Positions 1 through 6,533 of a DNA stretch of 64,000 nt are shown in pieces (position 1 is the stretch's first letter; the number at the start of each line of letters is the position of its first letter). The notes under the pieces were generated by a model. The model made no database searches and was not told the origin of the DNA. It was given only the letters and a program-made list of their open reading frames with translations. Both the position numbers and the translations under genes were made by a program. Origin of the DNA: Candidatus Komeilibacteria bacterium (GTDB taxonomy: Bacteria > Patescibacteriota > Patescibacteriia > UBA1558 > 2-01-FULL-52-15); NCBI GenBank assembly GCA_043801745.1, contig JAZDLR010000022.1, positions 1,960 through 65,959 on the forward strand, read 5' to 3'.

Positions 1-2
1 TC

Positions 3-1475
3 AAAAGCTAACTTGTTAAGGATGTTGGTAACTCGGGCGGCGTGTTTCTGAGATACGCAAAAAACTATTGATTTTCCAAATAATGGAACATTTTGTTTCT
101 GCGCAATTGGATCGAAAAGGCCATTATCAATAAACGCCTTACACATGGCAATATTCGTTTCCTCATTGAAAAATTTTCGCTCATAATCACGGCCTTCAAA
201 TACTTCGTCAATAGCTTCACCCTCGTCAGTAGTTTTGTGCACGGCTAATCCTTGCTCGGAGAACAATTGAGTTGTGATCTCAGTTCGAGCATCGACAATA
301 ACCGGATTTACTAAGTAGCCATCTTTGACACCCGCAATTAGATCATAGCGAAATGTCGGCTCACCTGATTCACAGCCAAAGGTTTTATAGGTGCTTAATA
401 AAACCCTACGCTCATACTCTCGTTGTGTGTCAGCCCCTTCAGCATCAAATCCTTTTAGATAATCCTTTGGCGTGGCTGTCAGGCCAAGCTTATATCCAAT
501 AAAATATTCAAAGACCACACGGCTATTACCCCCGATCGAACGATGAGCTTCATCAGAAATAACCAACTCAAAATCTGTTGGCGAAAATTCCTTTCTATAC
601 CTATCACCCGCGAGAAACGTTTGGACGGTCGAAACCACAATACTGGCTGTTTGCCAGGAGTCACGATTATCTTTATAAATGACACAACGAAAATCATGTC
701 CCAGTTGTTGAACAAAGGCCTTGTGTGCCTGATCTTCTAATTCTAGTCGGTCAACTAAAAATAAAACGCGGCGAGCGTTTCCCGTTTTAAGAAATAATTT
801 GATCAACGCCGCCGAAACCAAAGTCTTGCCTGTGCCAGTAGCCATTTCAAAAAGGAATCTCTGATTACCTTGAGCCGCAGATTTCTGCAAACTTTTTATG
901 GCCTTTATCTGATATGGCCTTAGTTGCTTCAAATTATTATTGCGCAAAAACTCTGATCTAGTATTCTCGTCCTGATACGCTGGATCTTTGGCAAAGCTAG
1001 GCATCTGTGAAGCCACAATGTAATTCTCATCAACCTCTGTATCCGCTAACTCATCTGTATTGGGTACATAAGCCTCATATTGTGTTATAGATTCAGGAGT
1101 GGGGAAACGCGATATTACATCTGGGTTGCCACGATTTGTATCCCAAAAATAATGAATATTGCCGTTCGACAATATAATAAATCGAGCGTCGGTATTACGT
1201 GCATAATTTCTGGCTTGCTCTTTAGCAGAAAGTGGATCAACTGATTCTTTTTTTGCTTCGACAACCACTAAGGGTCGCCCATCTTTATCTAATAACAAAA
1301 AATCAATAAAACCGTGTTTCTCATTTTCAAAATCGTCACCTAATTCTGAATACTTAATACCCGGCTCTAACTGAATATTGGCTTTACCTTCTTTACTATC
1401 TTCAAAGCGCCAGCCCGACTCTTCAAGCAACTTATTTATCTTAATACGGGCTTTTGCTTCCTTTGGATTTGGCAT
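3..1475 (-). CDS. hsdR: Type I restriction endonuclease subunit R (N-terminal part; runs off left edge)
   Basis: Not in the ORF track, apparently because no stop falls inside the window. Manual translation from ATG 1475: MPNPKEAKARIKINKLLEESGW...FIDFLLLD...VVVEAKK...QARNYA (HsdR_N nuclease), then FEMATGTGKT (Walker A), ISDEAHRS (DEAH) and GLTATP. Confidence 0.92.
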   Translation of the reverse strand, partial: MPNPKEAKARIKINKLLEESGWRFEDSKEGKANIQLEPGIKYSELGDDFENEKHGFIDFLLLDKDGRPLVVVEAKKESVDPLSAKEQARNYARNTDARFIILSNGNIHYFWDTNRGNPDVISRFPTPESITQYEAYVPNTDELADTEVDENYIVASQMPSFAKDPAYQDENTRSEFLRNNNLKQLRPYQIKAIKSLQKSAAQGNQRFLFEMATGTGKTLVSAALIKLFLKTGNARRVLFLVDRLELEDQAHKAFVQQLGHDFRCVIYKDNRDSWQTASIVVSTVQTFLAGDRYRKEFSPTDFELVISDEAHRSIGGNSRVVFEYFIGYKLGLTATPKDYLKGFDAEGADTQREYERRVLLSTYKTFGCESGEPTFRYDLIAGVKDGYLVNPVIVDARTEITTQLFSEQGLAVHKTTDEGEAIDEVFEGRDYERKFFNEETNIAMCKAFIDNGLFDPIAQKQNVPLFGKSIVFCVSQKHAARVTNILNKLAF

Positions 1476-1524
1476 GTCCCTATTTCATAAATTATTGGCC
1501 TAAATCTAGCCAATTTCTGCCCCA

Positions 1525-1553
1525 ATCATCGCATATCCAAGAGGAAAGTTCAA
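1525..1553 (-). promoter_or_regulatory. sigma70-like promoter for hsdR
   Basis: Minus strand TTGAAC-17 nt-GATGAT with TG extension; a near-identical block lies upstream of DUF3800 (2720-2748). Confidence 0.5.
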
Positions 1554-1610
1554 GTTGGGAAGGTCGTGGTGGGCCACCTGCCTGGGTTTGAGGAAAGTGC
1601 GGCTTTCGAG

Positions 1611-1767
1611 CAAACCCGAAACCCTAAACACGAAACCCTAAAGAAATCCAAAACACCAAACACAAAATCCAAAACTCTTCGCCCAGCACGCCCCGCCAAA
1701 GGCGAGGCTCCGCAAATGCGGGCCGTGGGAGGCGGATCGGCTTTTATTGAATTATAAGGTGGGCGAA
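1611..1767. repeat. Heptamer-period repeats plus nested REP-like palindromes
   Basis: cgaaacc/ctaaaca/cgaaacc/ctaaaga/aatccaa heptamers, then a ttcgccca...tgggcgaa inverted repeat enclosing cacg-ccccgccaaaggcgagg-ctccgcaaatgcggg-ccgtg. Confidence 0.65.
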
Positions 1768-1921
1768 AACAAGTTCAAGGAGTAAGTGAAAGTGGGTTGA
1801 TGGGGCGGATGGGAGTAGATGGGGTTGGAGGGGTGATTGAAGATTGGGGCTTGGTCGTCCAGCTGAGCTGGATGAGCTCGATGGGGCTTGGGACTCGGTG
1901 CTGGGGGCTTGCCCGCTCTAT

Positions 1922-2024
1922 TTGACAAACCCTTTTGGGTGGCATAATATATAGCCATACAAGTAATTCCTCATACGTGGGCTTCCGGATGGTTGCTCAT
2001 AAACAGCGTATGGGGTTTTGTTTT
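1922..2024 (+). ncRNA. Candidate DUF3800-associated small RNA with its own promoter, convergent on the DUF3800 stop
   Basis: TTGACA (1922)-17 nt-TAATAT (1945); then stem CCTCATACG/CGTATGGGG enclosing stem TGGGC/GCTCA, and a T-rich tail abutting the DUF3800 stop. DUF3800 genes are known to neighbour structured RNAs (Rfam DUF3800-I to XI). Confidence 0.65.
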
Positions 2025-2661
2025 AGCCAAAAAGTGAGCGTTCCTCTATAATCAAATCCCGGATAATCGCATAATAACTGTCGTCTCCCCGCTCGTATTT
2101 TCTGAAAACAGCCCAACAGACGAAATCGGCTACCTGCAGACATTTCTCGGCTTCCGGCGTGGCAATAATGACCTTGATGGCGCTTCTATGATTGCGGCTG
2201 ATCTGGCTTCTCAGATAATTCTGGAAATTTTCATTAAAAAATTTATTGGTTTCGCGGCGTGAAGCGATTAATTCTATGGGCTGGCCGCTGGTCACAATAT
2301 TCTGGGAATAAATTCTATCAAGCAGGATATTGGTCACGTAATTATACAGAACCTGTTTCTCGTCACGGAGCTTGGTATAAACCTTGGCTTTATCAAGATA
2401 AATAACCATAACCGAGCATTGATATTTGATTAACCGGCGCAAAACCCTCTTTCTGGTAATTGGCCGCTCCTTTACCGCATGCAAAACGCCCCGCTTTTTT
2501 CCTAAGATGCGGTGCAACTCAAAGCTGGTCTTCTGAATGATTTTCTCAATTGGCCGCTTGGAAGTAGGCACGAACAAAAAGGCAATAACAAAATATCTTG
2601 ATGAACCTTTTTTCTTGGAAAAACCCAAGTCGCCGCTTTCGTCCAGAAAAATATATGCCAT
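2023..2661 (-). CDS. DUF3800 domain protein (RNase H-like fold)
   Basis: Start refined to ATG 2661: MAYIFLDESGDLGF...LHA...CLQVADFVCWA, with the DESG and QxAD motifs of DUF3800. Confidence 0.88.
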   Translation of the reverse strand: MAYIFLDESGDLGFSKKKGSSRYFVIAFLFVPTSKRPIEKIIQKTSFELHRILGKKRGVLHAVKERPITRKRVLRRLIKYQCSVMVIYLDKAKVYTKLRDEKQVLYNYVTNILLDRIYSQNIVTSGQPIELIASRRETNKFFNENFQNYLRSQISRNHRSAIKVIIATPEAEKCLQVADFVCWAVFRKYERGDDSYYAIIRDLIIEERSLFG

Positions 2662-2708
2662 ATTTTTTAAATAAAATAAAACAGGGGGTTCCCTGTTTAA
2701 TTGACTTC

Positions 2709-3110
2709 TTTCTGCCCCAATCATCGCACATCTGAGGGGAATTTTCAAGTTTCTCGCCCGTCTCGCCGCATCGCGGACGAGCGGGCAAGTATCAAGTGCC
2801 TCCGCCAAAGGCGGATCGCCATTTATAGATTTTAAAGGTGGGCGAAAACACGAAACCCTTCGCCCAGAGGGCGATCGCCGTTAATAGATTTTAAAGGTGG
2901 GCGAAAACAAGTTCAAGGAGTAAGTGAAAGTGGGTTGATGGGGCGGATGGGAGTAGATGGGGTGGGAAAGCGACCATTAAGCTAAAGTTCTAAGCTCCCC
3001 GCCCGACTGCGAAGCGCAGCGAGGCGGGCGGGTAAGTTCGAAATCCTAAACAATATCGAAGTTCAAAATTCAAAGTTCAATCCAGCTGAGCTCGATGGGT
3101 CTTGGGACTT
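2709..3110. repeat. Composite intergenic repeat, copy 2
   Basis: Same blocks as 1514-1900. Also has an internal ~37-bp duplication (gatcgcc.tt.atagattttaaaggtgggcgaaaaca, ~2814-2850 and ~2873-2909), REP-like hairpins (2755-2786, 2801-2816, 2997-3032) and heptamer repeats (2975-3080). Confidence 0.9.
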
Positions 3111-3136
3111 GATAGAGCCAGACAGCACCGAGTCTA

Positions 3137-3180
3137 AATAAAAACGCCCCGAACAATTTGTTACGAGACGTTCTATTTAT
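3137..3180 (-). terminator. Intrinsic terminator after 77-aa gene copy 1
   Basis: Minus strand AACGTCTCG-loop-CGGGGCGTT followed by TTTATTT. Confidence 0.6.
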
Positions 3181-3524
3181 TTGTTAACTGATCGCCAAAG
3201 CTTCTTTGATCTTTTGCACCACTACGTGGTCTTGCTCCAGTCGGGAAAGACGCTGTCTTACTTCCTGAAACTCACGCTGCATTTCCACTTTGGTTGGAAC
3301 CAGCTCGAAGCGTTTATATACCTCTTCAAATCGTTTATCCACACCGTCAAAGCCCTGCTTGATCATCAGGGCTAAATCGTCGTTGGTAACGTTATGATAA
3401 ATGTTTGGCTTAGGCATTGGGATAGGTTAAATTATTAAATTCTGGTAGTCACGTCCCCAATGGACGGGTCAAACCATATCCCTGTTTGAGTCATTCTCTC
3501 ACCTCAGAGAAAATTTGGCAACTG
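3181..3524. repeat. ~345-bp direct repeat, copy 1 (gene, leader and promoter)
   Basis: Aligns with 5219-5564 along its whole length. Confidence 0.95.
3184..3417 (-). CDS. Small coiled-coil hypothetical protein, copy 1 (77 aa)
   Basis: ORF duplicated at 5222-5455 with, by my count, 8 synonymous and 3 non-synonymous differences, which supports a real gene. Confidence 0.8.
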   Translation of the reverse strand: MPKPNIYHNVTNDDLALMIKQGFDGVDKRFEEVYKRFELVPTKVEMQREFQEVRQRLSRLEQDHVVVQKIKEALAIS

Positions 3525-3566
3525 TTCATAAAACAACTGGCTCAGTGGATCGGGCGGGTTACTAAT

Positions 3567-3688
3567 TTGATATATTTGTTCGTCTTGCTATGCTTACTTT
3601 GGCGCTTGGAGGGCTTGGCCCTATCACGGTCAATGTTTTCCAAACCGTAACCAAGTGCCACAAGAACAGCCGAATGTCGGCTTTTTTT
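3567..3688 (+). ncRNA. Candidate three-way-junction small RNA with promoter and terminator
   Basis: TTGATA (3567)-16 nt-TATGCT (3589) with TG extension. Transcript from ~3600: stem TGGCGCTTGG/CCAAGTGCCA enclosing hairpins AGGGC/GCCCT and ACGGT/ACCGT; terminator AGCCGA-atg-TCGGCT plus T-run (3668-3688). Confidence 0.65.
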
Positions 3689-3707
3689 GTTTATCATCAA
3701 ATACCAT

Positions 3708-3797
3708 TTGACAGCCGAAATAGGCATGCTAATATATAGTCATTACCATGAAAAAGACCCTTATAGAGGTTAGTCTCTATCGGGGGCTTTTTTATTT
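3708..3797 (+). ncRNA. Candidate hairpin small RNA with promoter
   Basis: TTGACA (3708)-16 nt-TAATAT (3730) with TG extension; hairpin AAAAAGACCC-tt-ATAGAG-gttagt-CTCTAT-c-GGGGGCTTTTT plus T-rich tail. Confidence 0.6.
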
Positions 3798-3798
3798 C

Positions 3799-3891
3799 TT
3801 GACACACCATTAGGTTGTGCTATCATATATATGAATACACATAGAAAGATACCTCTTAACGGTTCCGTCCTTAAGCGGTATTTTTCTTTTT
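3799..3891 (+). ncRNA. Candidate NYN-associated antisense small RNA with promoter
   Basis: TTGACA (3799)-16 nt-TATCAT (3821) with TG extension; hairpin AGAAAGATACC-t-CTTAA-(cggttccgtcc)-TTAAG-c-GGTATTTTTCT-TTTT whose 3' arm overlaps the NYN stop and last codons. Confidence 0.65.
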
Positions 3892-4380
3892 ATACTCAAG
3901 TTTATTTCGTAAATTATCTATAAAAGCGATCTTTTCTCTGGCTGTCCGCCTAAGCAAAGTCGAGCAAGTTTTGTAGTAAGGACTAAGAACCCGGGCCAAT
4001 TTATCAGCATTATATAGAAATTTGACAACTGAATAAAAGTCACCATCGCTGGTAATTAATATGACTTGATCAAAATTGCCTTCATAGAAATCAGTGATGA
4101 TCTGCAGAACCATGTCAGCATCAACATTCCCCTTATGATTTCCGTCTGGACCGATAATGACTGGCTTAAACTTCAAAATATATCCATCTTGCTGTAAGCG
4201 GGAATACAGATCCTGATTCTCCGGAATGTAACCAAGAAACAAATAGCATATTTTGACACCATATTTTTCCGCCAAATAGACCCGAAATTTTCGATAATCT
4301 AATTTCCAGCCCAGACTCTGGATTCCTAGATTTAGGTTCTGACCGTCAATATAGGCAAAATTATTAGCATTTTTTATCAT
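3871..4380 (-). CDS. NYN (LabA/DUF88, PIN-like) domain nuclease
   Basis: Start refined to ATG 4380. Motifs AYIDGQNL, KGNVDADM and LITSDGDF (acidic catalytic residues of NYN). Confidence 0.9.
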   Translation of the reverse strand: MIKNANNFAYIDGQNLNLGIQSLGWKLDYRKFRVYLAEKYGVKICYLFLGYIPENQDLYSRLQQDGYILKFKPVIIGPDGNHKGNVDADMVLQIITDFYEGNFDQVILITSDGDFYSVVKFLYNADKLARVLSPYYKTCSTLLRRTAREKIAFIDNLRNKLEYKKKNTA

Positions 4381-4481
4381 AATAAAACAGGGCTTTCTTC
4401 CCTGTTTATCTGTATCCGCATTATTGCACTTCTCCTCACAATTGGCAATATGTTCCAAAATGGAACCAGCTGCCACTCAAC

Positions 4482-5114
4482 TTAACTATCCGGAATTTCC
4501 GAATAGTTGCATTTTTTGCAACAGTTGAACACGCCGAACTCATCCCAGAGCCTATTATTCCTATCCCGCAGCCAATTTTGGGGATTCTGGCGGATATATT
4601 CCCGGATTTCAATTAGCGCATCTTCATGGCGAATGATGTGATCATAAAAAGACCGATGCCAAGCAAAATCAGGCAGGCCGGATTGATGGATTGATTTGGA
4701 GGAAATGGTTTTGAAGGCGCAGATGATTTTAGATAAAAGCATATGCTGGCGATAGATTTTATATCTTCTGCAGGCTGCGGTACGGACAACCCTAGGGTTG
4801 TCCGTACGAAATCTTTCGGACTGCCCGAAAAAATCATCTGCGCCCTGCCCCCGATCTTTTATAATTATTATTCCATGCACATGATTAGGCATAATAATGA
4901 AAGCATCTAAAGCAATATAGTGCCAGCGCCTAAGCCAAAGCCAGTTCCTCCTGGCAATCCAGCCGTATTTATTTAGCTGCATCCTGCCATTAATGACTTT
5001 ACCGAAGAAATTTTCATAATTAGCAGTATTGATCGTAATAAAATAATAGCCCGGCTGACTGTAATCATAGCCCTTAAGGCGATTGGCTTTTCTCTGGGGT
5101 AAATCAAGATACAT
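4482..5114 (-). mobile_element. REP-associated tyrosine transposase-like protein (Y1/HUH, IS200-like TnpA)
   Basis: RL.GYDYS..G.YFITI, IMPNHVHGII (HUH motif), WHRSFYDHIIR, EYIRQNP (catalytic Tyr); REP-like hairpins at 5143-5200. Confidence 0.88.
4780..4807. repeat. Perfect 28-bp palindrome inside the transposase ORF
   Basis: GTACGGACAACCCT-AGGGTTGTCCGTAC. Confidence 0.95.
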
Positions 5115-5142
5115 AAAAACAAGGATTCTTAGGTCCCTGCTT

Positions 5143-5210
5143 GCCCCGCCCCGCTCATAAGCGTTTCGCGCATTGAGCGGGCGGTGGTTTTCACCGCCAG
5201 AAAAGCGGCT
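5143..5210. repeat. REP-like palindromes upstream of the transposase
   Basis: ccgctca-taagcgtttcgcgcat-tgagcgg and ggcggtg-gtttt-caccgcc. Confidence 0.6.
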
Positions 5211-5218
5211 TGTCTAAC

Positions 5219-5564
5219 TTGTTAGCTGATCGCCAAAGCTTCTTTGATCTTTTGCACCACTACGTGGTCTTGCTCCAGGCGGGAAAGACGCTGTCTTACT
5301 TCCTGAAACTCACGCTGCATTTCCACTTTGGTTGGAACTAGCTCGAAGCGCTTGTATACCTCTCCAAATCGCTTATCCACACCGTCAAAGCCCTCCTTAA
5401 TCATAAGGGCTAAATCGTCGTTGGTAACGTTCTGATAAATGTTTGGCTTAGGCATTGGGATAGGTTTTAAATAATTAAATTTCGGCAGACGCGTCCCCAA
5501 TGGACGGATCAAACCATATCCCTGTTTGAACCATTTTCTCACTTCAAAGAAAGTTTGGCAATTG
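5219..5564. repeat. ~345-bp direct repeat, copy 2
   Basis: Aligns with 3181-3524. Confidence 0.95.
5222..5455 (-). CDS. Small coiled-coil hypothetical protein, copy 2 (77 aa)
   Basis: Start set at ATG 5455 by alignment to copy 1; 74/77 aa identical. Confidence 0.8.
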   Translation of the reverse strand: MPKPNIYQNVTNDDLALMIKEGFDGVDKRFGEVYKRFELVPTKVEMQREFQEVRQRLSRLEQDHVVVQKIKEALAIS

Positions 5565-5578
5565 CTAAATTACACCCC

Positions 5579-5607
5579 TTGACAAAATGCATATAATATG
5601 ATAATAT
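5579..5607 (+). promoter_or_regulatory. Strong sigma70 promoter of GC-rich cassette 1
   Basis: TTGACA-17 nt-TAATAT with TG extension. Confidence 0.7.
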
Positions 5608-5676
5608 ACTATATTACCAGGTTGTTCATTTTTTTGCCCAATTTTGGGCTTTAACCCCCATAGGGGGGTAACAGTC

Positions 5677-6447
5677 GTGAAGCAGATCTGGTCGCGTTTC
5701 TTGGATGTTCTCCTGCTGGTTAGCACGAGCCTTTTTACCTGGTGGGCCATTAGGGCCATCATTACCCCCATGCTGCAGCACAACACACACCTGGCCCACT
5801 GGAACCCCAGTTTCCTGGCAACCATTGTGGTGGTGTCGGTGTTGGGCCATGAACTGGGCCATGCCTTTTTCATGGAACGCTATGGCCTGAGGACGCGGAT
5901 CTTTCTGCTCGTCTTCATTGGCGGCGCGGTCATCGATCCCAAGAAGATGGCCAAACTGTCGTGGAGCAAGCAGAGCAACATCCTGCTCGCAGGAGTTTGT
6001 GTTAACTTCCTGCTGGGTGTGATTGGTCTTCTGCTTGGACTGTTCGGCATCATCACCATCAGCACGGCCAGCATGTTCGCTCTGGTCAACGGAAGCATGA
6101 TCATCTGGAACTTGATACCCGTTGGACTGTTCGACGGAGGTCGCCTCGCCAAACTGCTCTTCAACAGCATTCCGGAACACGATGACCTCCGTGTCGCCCG
6201 GTACCTGAGTCGCGCTGTGCTGCCGGCTTTCATTGGGCTGTTCGCCTGCGCCGTGATCGACATGATCATCCCTATGACACTCATGGTCTGGGGATTTGGC
6301 TATCAGGCCACTCACGATGACCCCGAGGGCAGCTACAACCCTCTGGCCATGACCAGGGAGGACGTGAGCCGGCTGAGCTGGATCTACCTCTTACTGGTCT
6401 ACGGCGGTGCAGCCCTGCTGCTGCTCTTCGAACTGGTCAGGAAGTAA
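5677..6447 (+). CDS. Site-2 protease family (M50) membrane zinc metalloprotease
   Basis: HELGH, LLAGVCVNF and NLIPVGLFDGG motifs; multiple TM segments; GTG start at 5677 after a G-rich SD; GC-rich codons. Confidence 0.88.
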   Translation: MKQIWSRFLDVLLLVSTSLFTWWAIRAIITPMLQHNTHLAHWNPSFLATIVVVSVLGHELGHAFFMERYGLRTRIFLLVFIGGAVIDPKKMAKLSWSKQSNILLAGVCVNFLLGVIGLLLGLFGIITISTASMFALVNGSMIIWNLIPVGLFDGGRLAKLLFNSIPEHDDLRVARYLSRAVLPAFIGLFACAVIDMIIPMTLMVWGFGYQATHDDPEGSYNPLAMTREDVSRLSWIYLLLVYGGAALLLLFELVRK

Positions 6448-6457
6448 GGCAACTTAG

Positions 6458-6510
6458 GAACCCGCGCTAGTATCATCCTCTGGATGAGAACGCGCGGGTT
6501 CATTTTTTTT
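6458..6510 (+). terminator. Terminator hairpin with internal loop E/sarcin-ricin motif, copy 1
   Basis: GAACCCGCGC-TAGTA-TCATCC-tct-GGATGA-GAAC-GCGCGGGTTC-a-T8; repeated at 11148. Confidence 0.8.
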
Positions 6511-6533
6511 ATTCAACAACGACTTGCCGACAT

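Larger units (their letters stand above)
1514..1900. repeat. Composite intergenic repeat, copy 1
   Basis: Shares three blocks in the same order with 2709-3110: promoter block (1514-1556), 70-bp identical core (1756-1825 = 2894-2963) and tail tccagctgagct...cgatggg.cttgggact. Confidence 0.9.

Noticed and set aside
479-1958. Short ORFs at 479, 543, 1566 and 1752
   Set aside because: They overlap hsdR or translate low-complexity repeats.
2662-2808. N-terminal extensions of DUF3800, NYN (4381-4476) and 77-aa copy 2 (5456-5542)
   Set aside because: They run through promoter and leader elements; family motifs and the paralogue indicate the downstream ATGs.
1514-3110. CRISPR array
   Set aside because: Only two long composite copies with no regular repeat-spacer period, and no cas genes in the window.
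3440-3525. c-di-GMP-I riboswitch or tRNA-like cloverleaf in the 77-aa leader
   Set aside because: The GACGCAAA-like element is not kept in copy 2, there is no closing stem, and the first apparent hairpin is better explained as a promoter spacer.
3567-3650. Small hydrophobic peptide (type I toxin-like) on the + strand
   Set aside because: Its TTG start coincides with the -35 box, upstream of the predicted transcription start; the RNA-structure reading fits better.
5565-6315. Minus-strand ORFs of 102-229 aa over the M50 gene, and similar ones at 9820-11230
   Set aside because: Shadow ORFs of GC-rich genes with no motifs.
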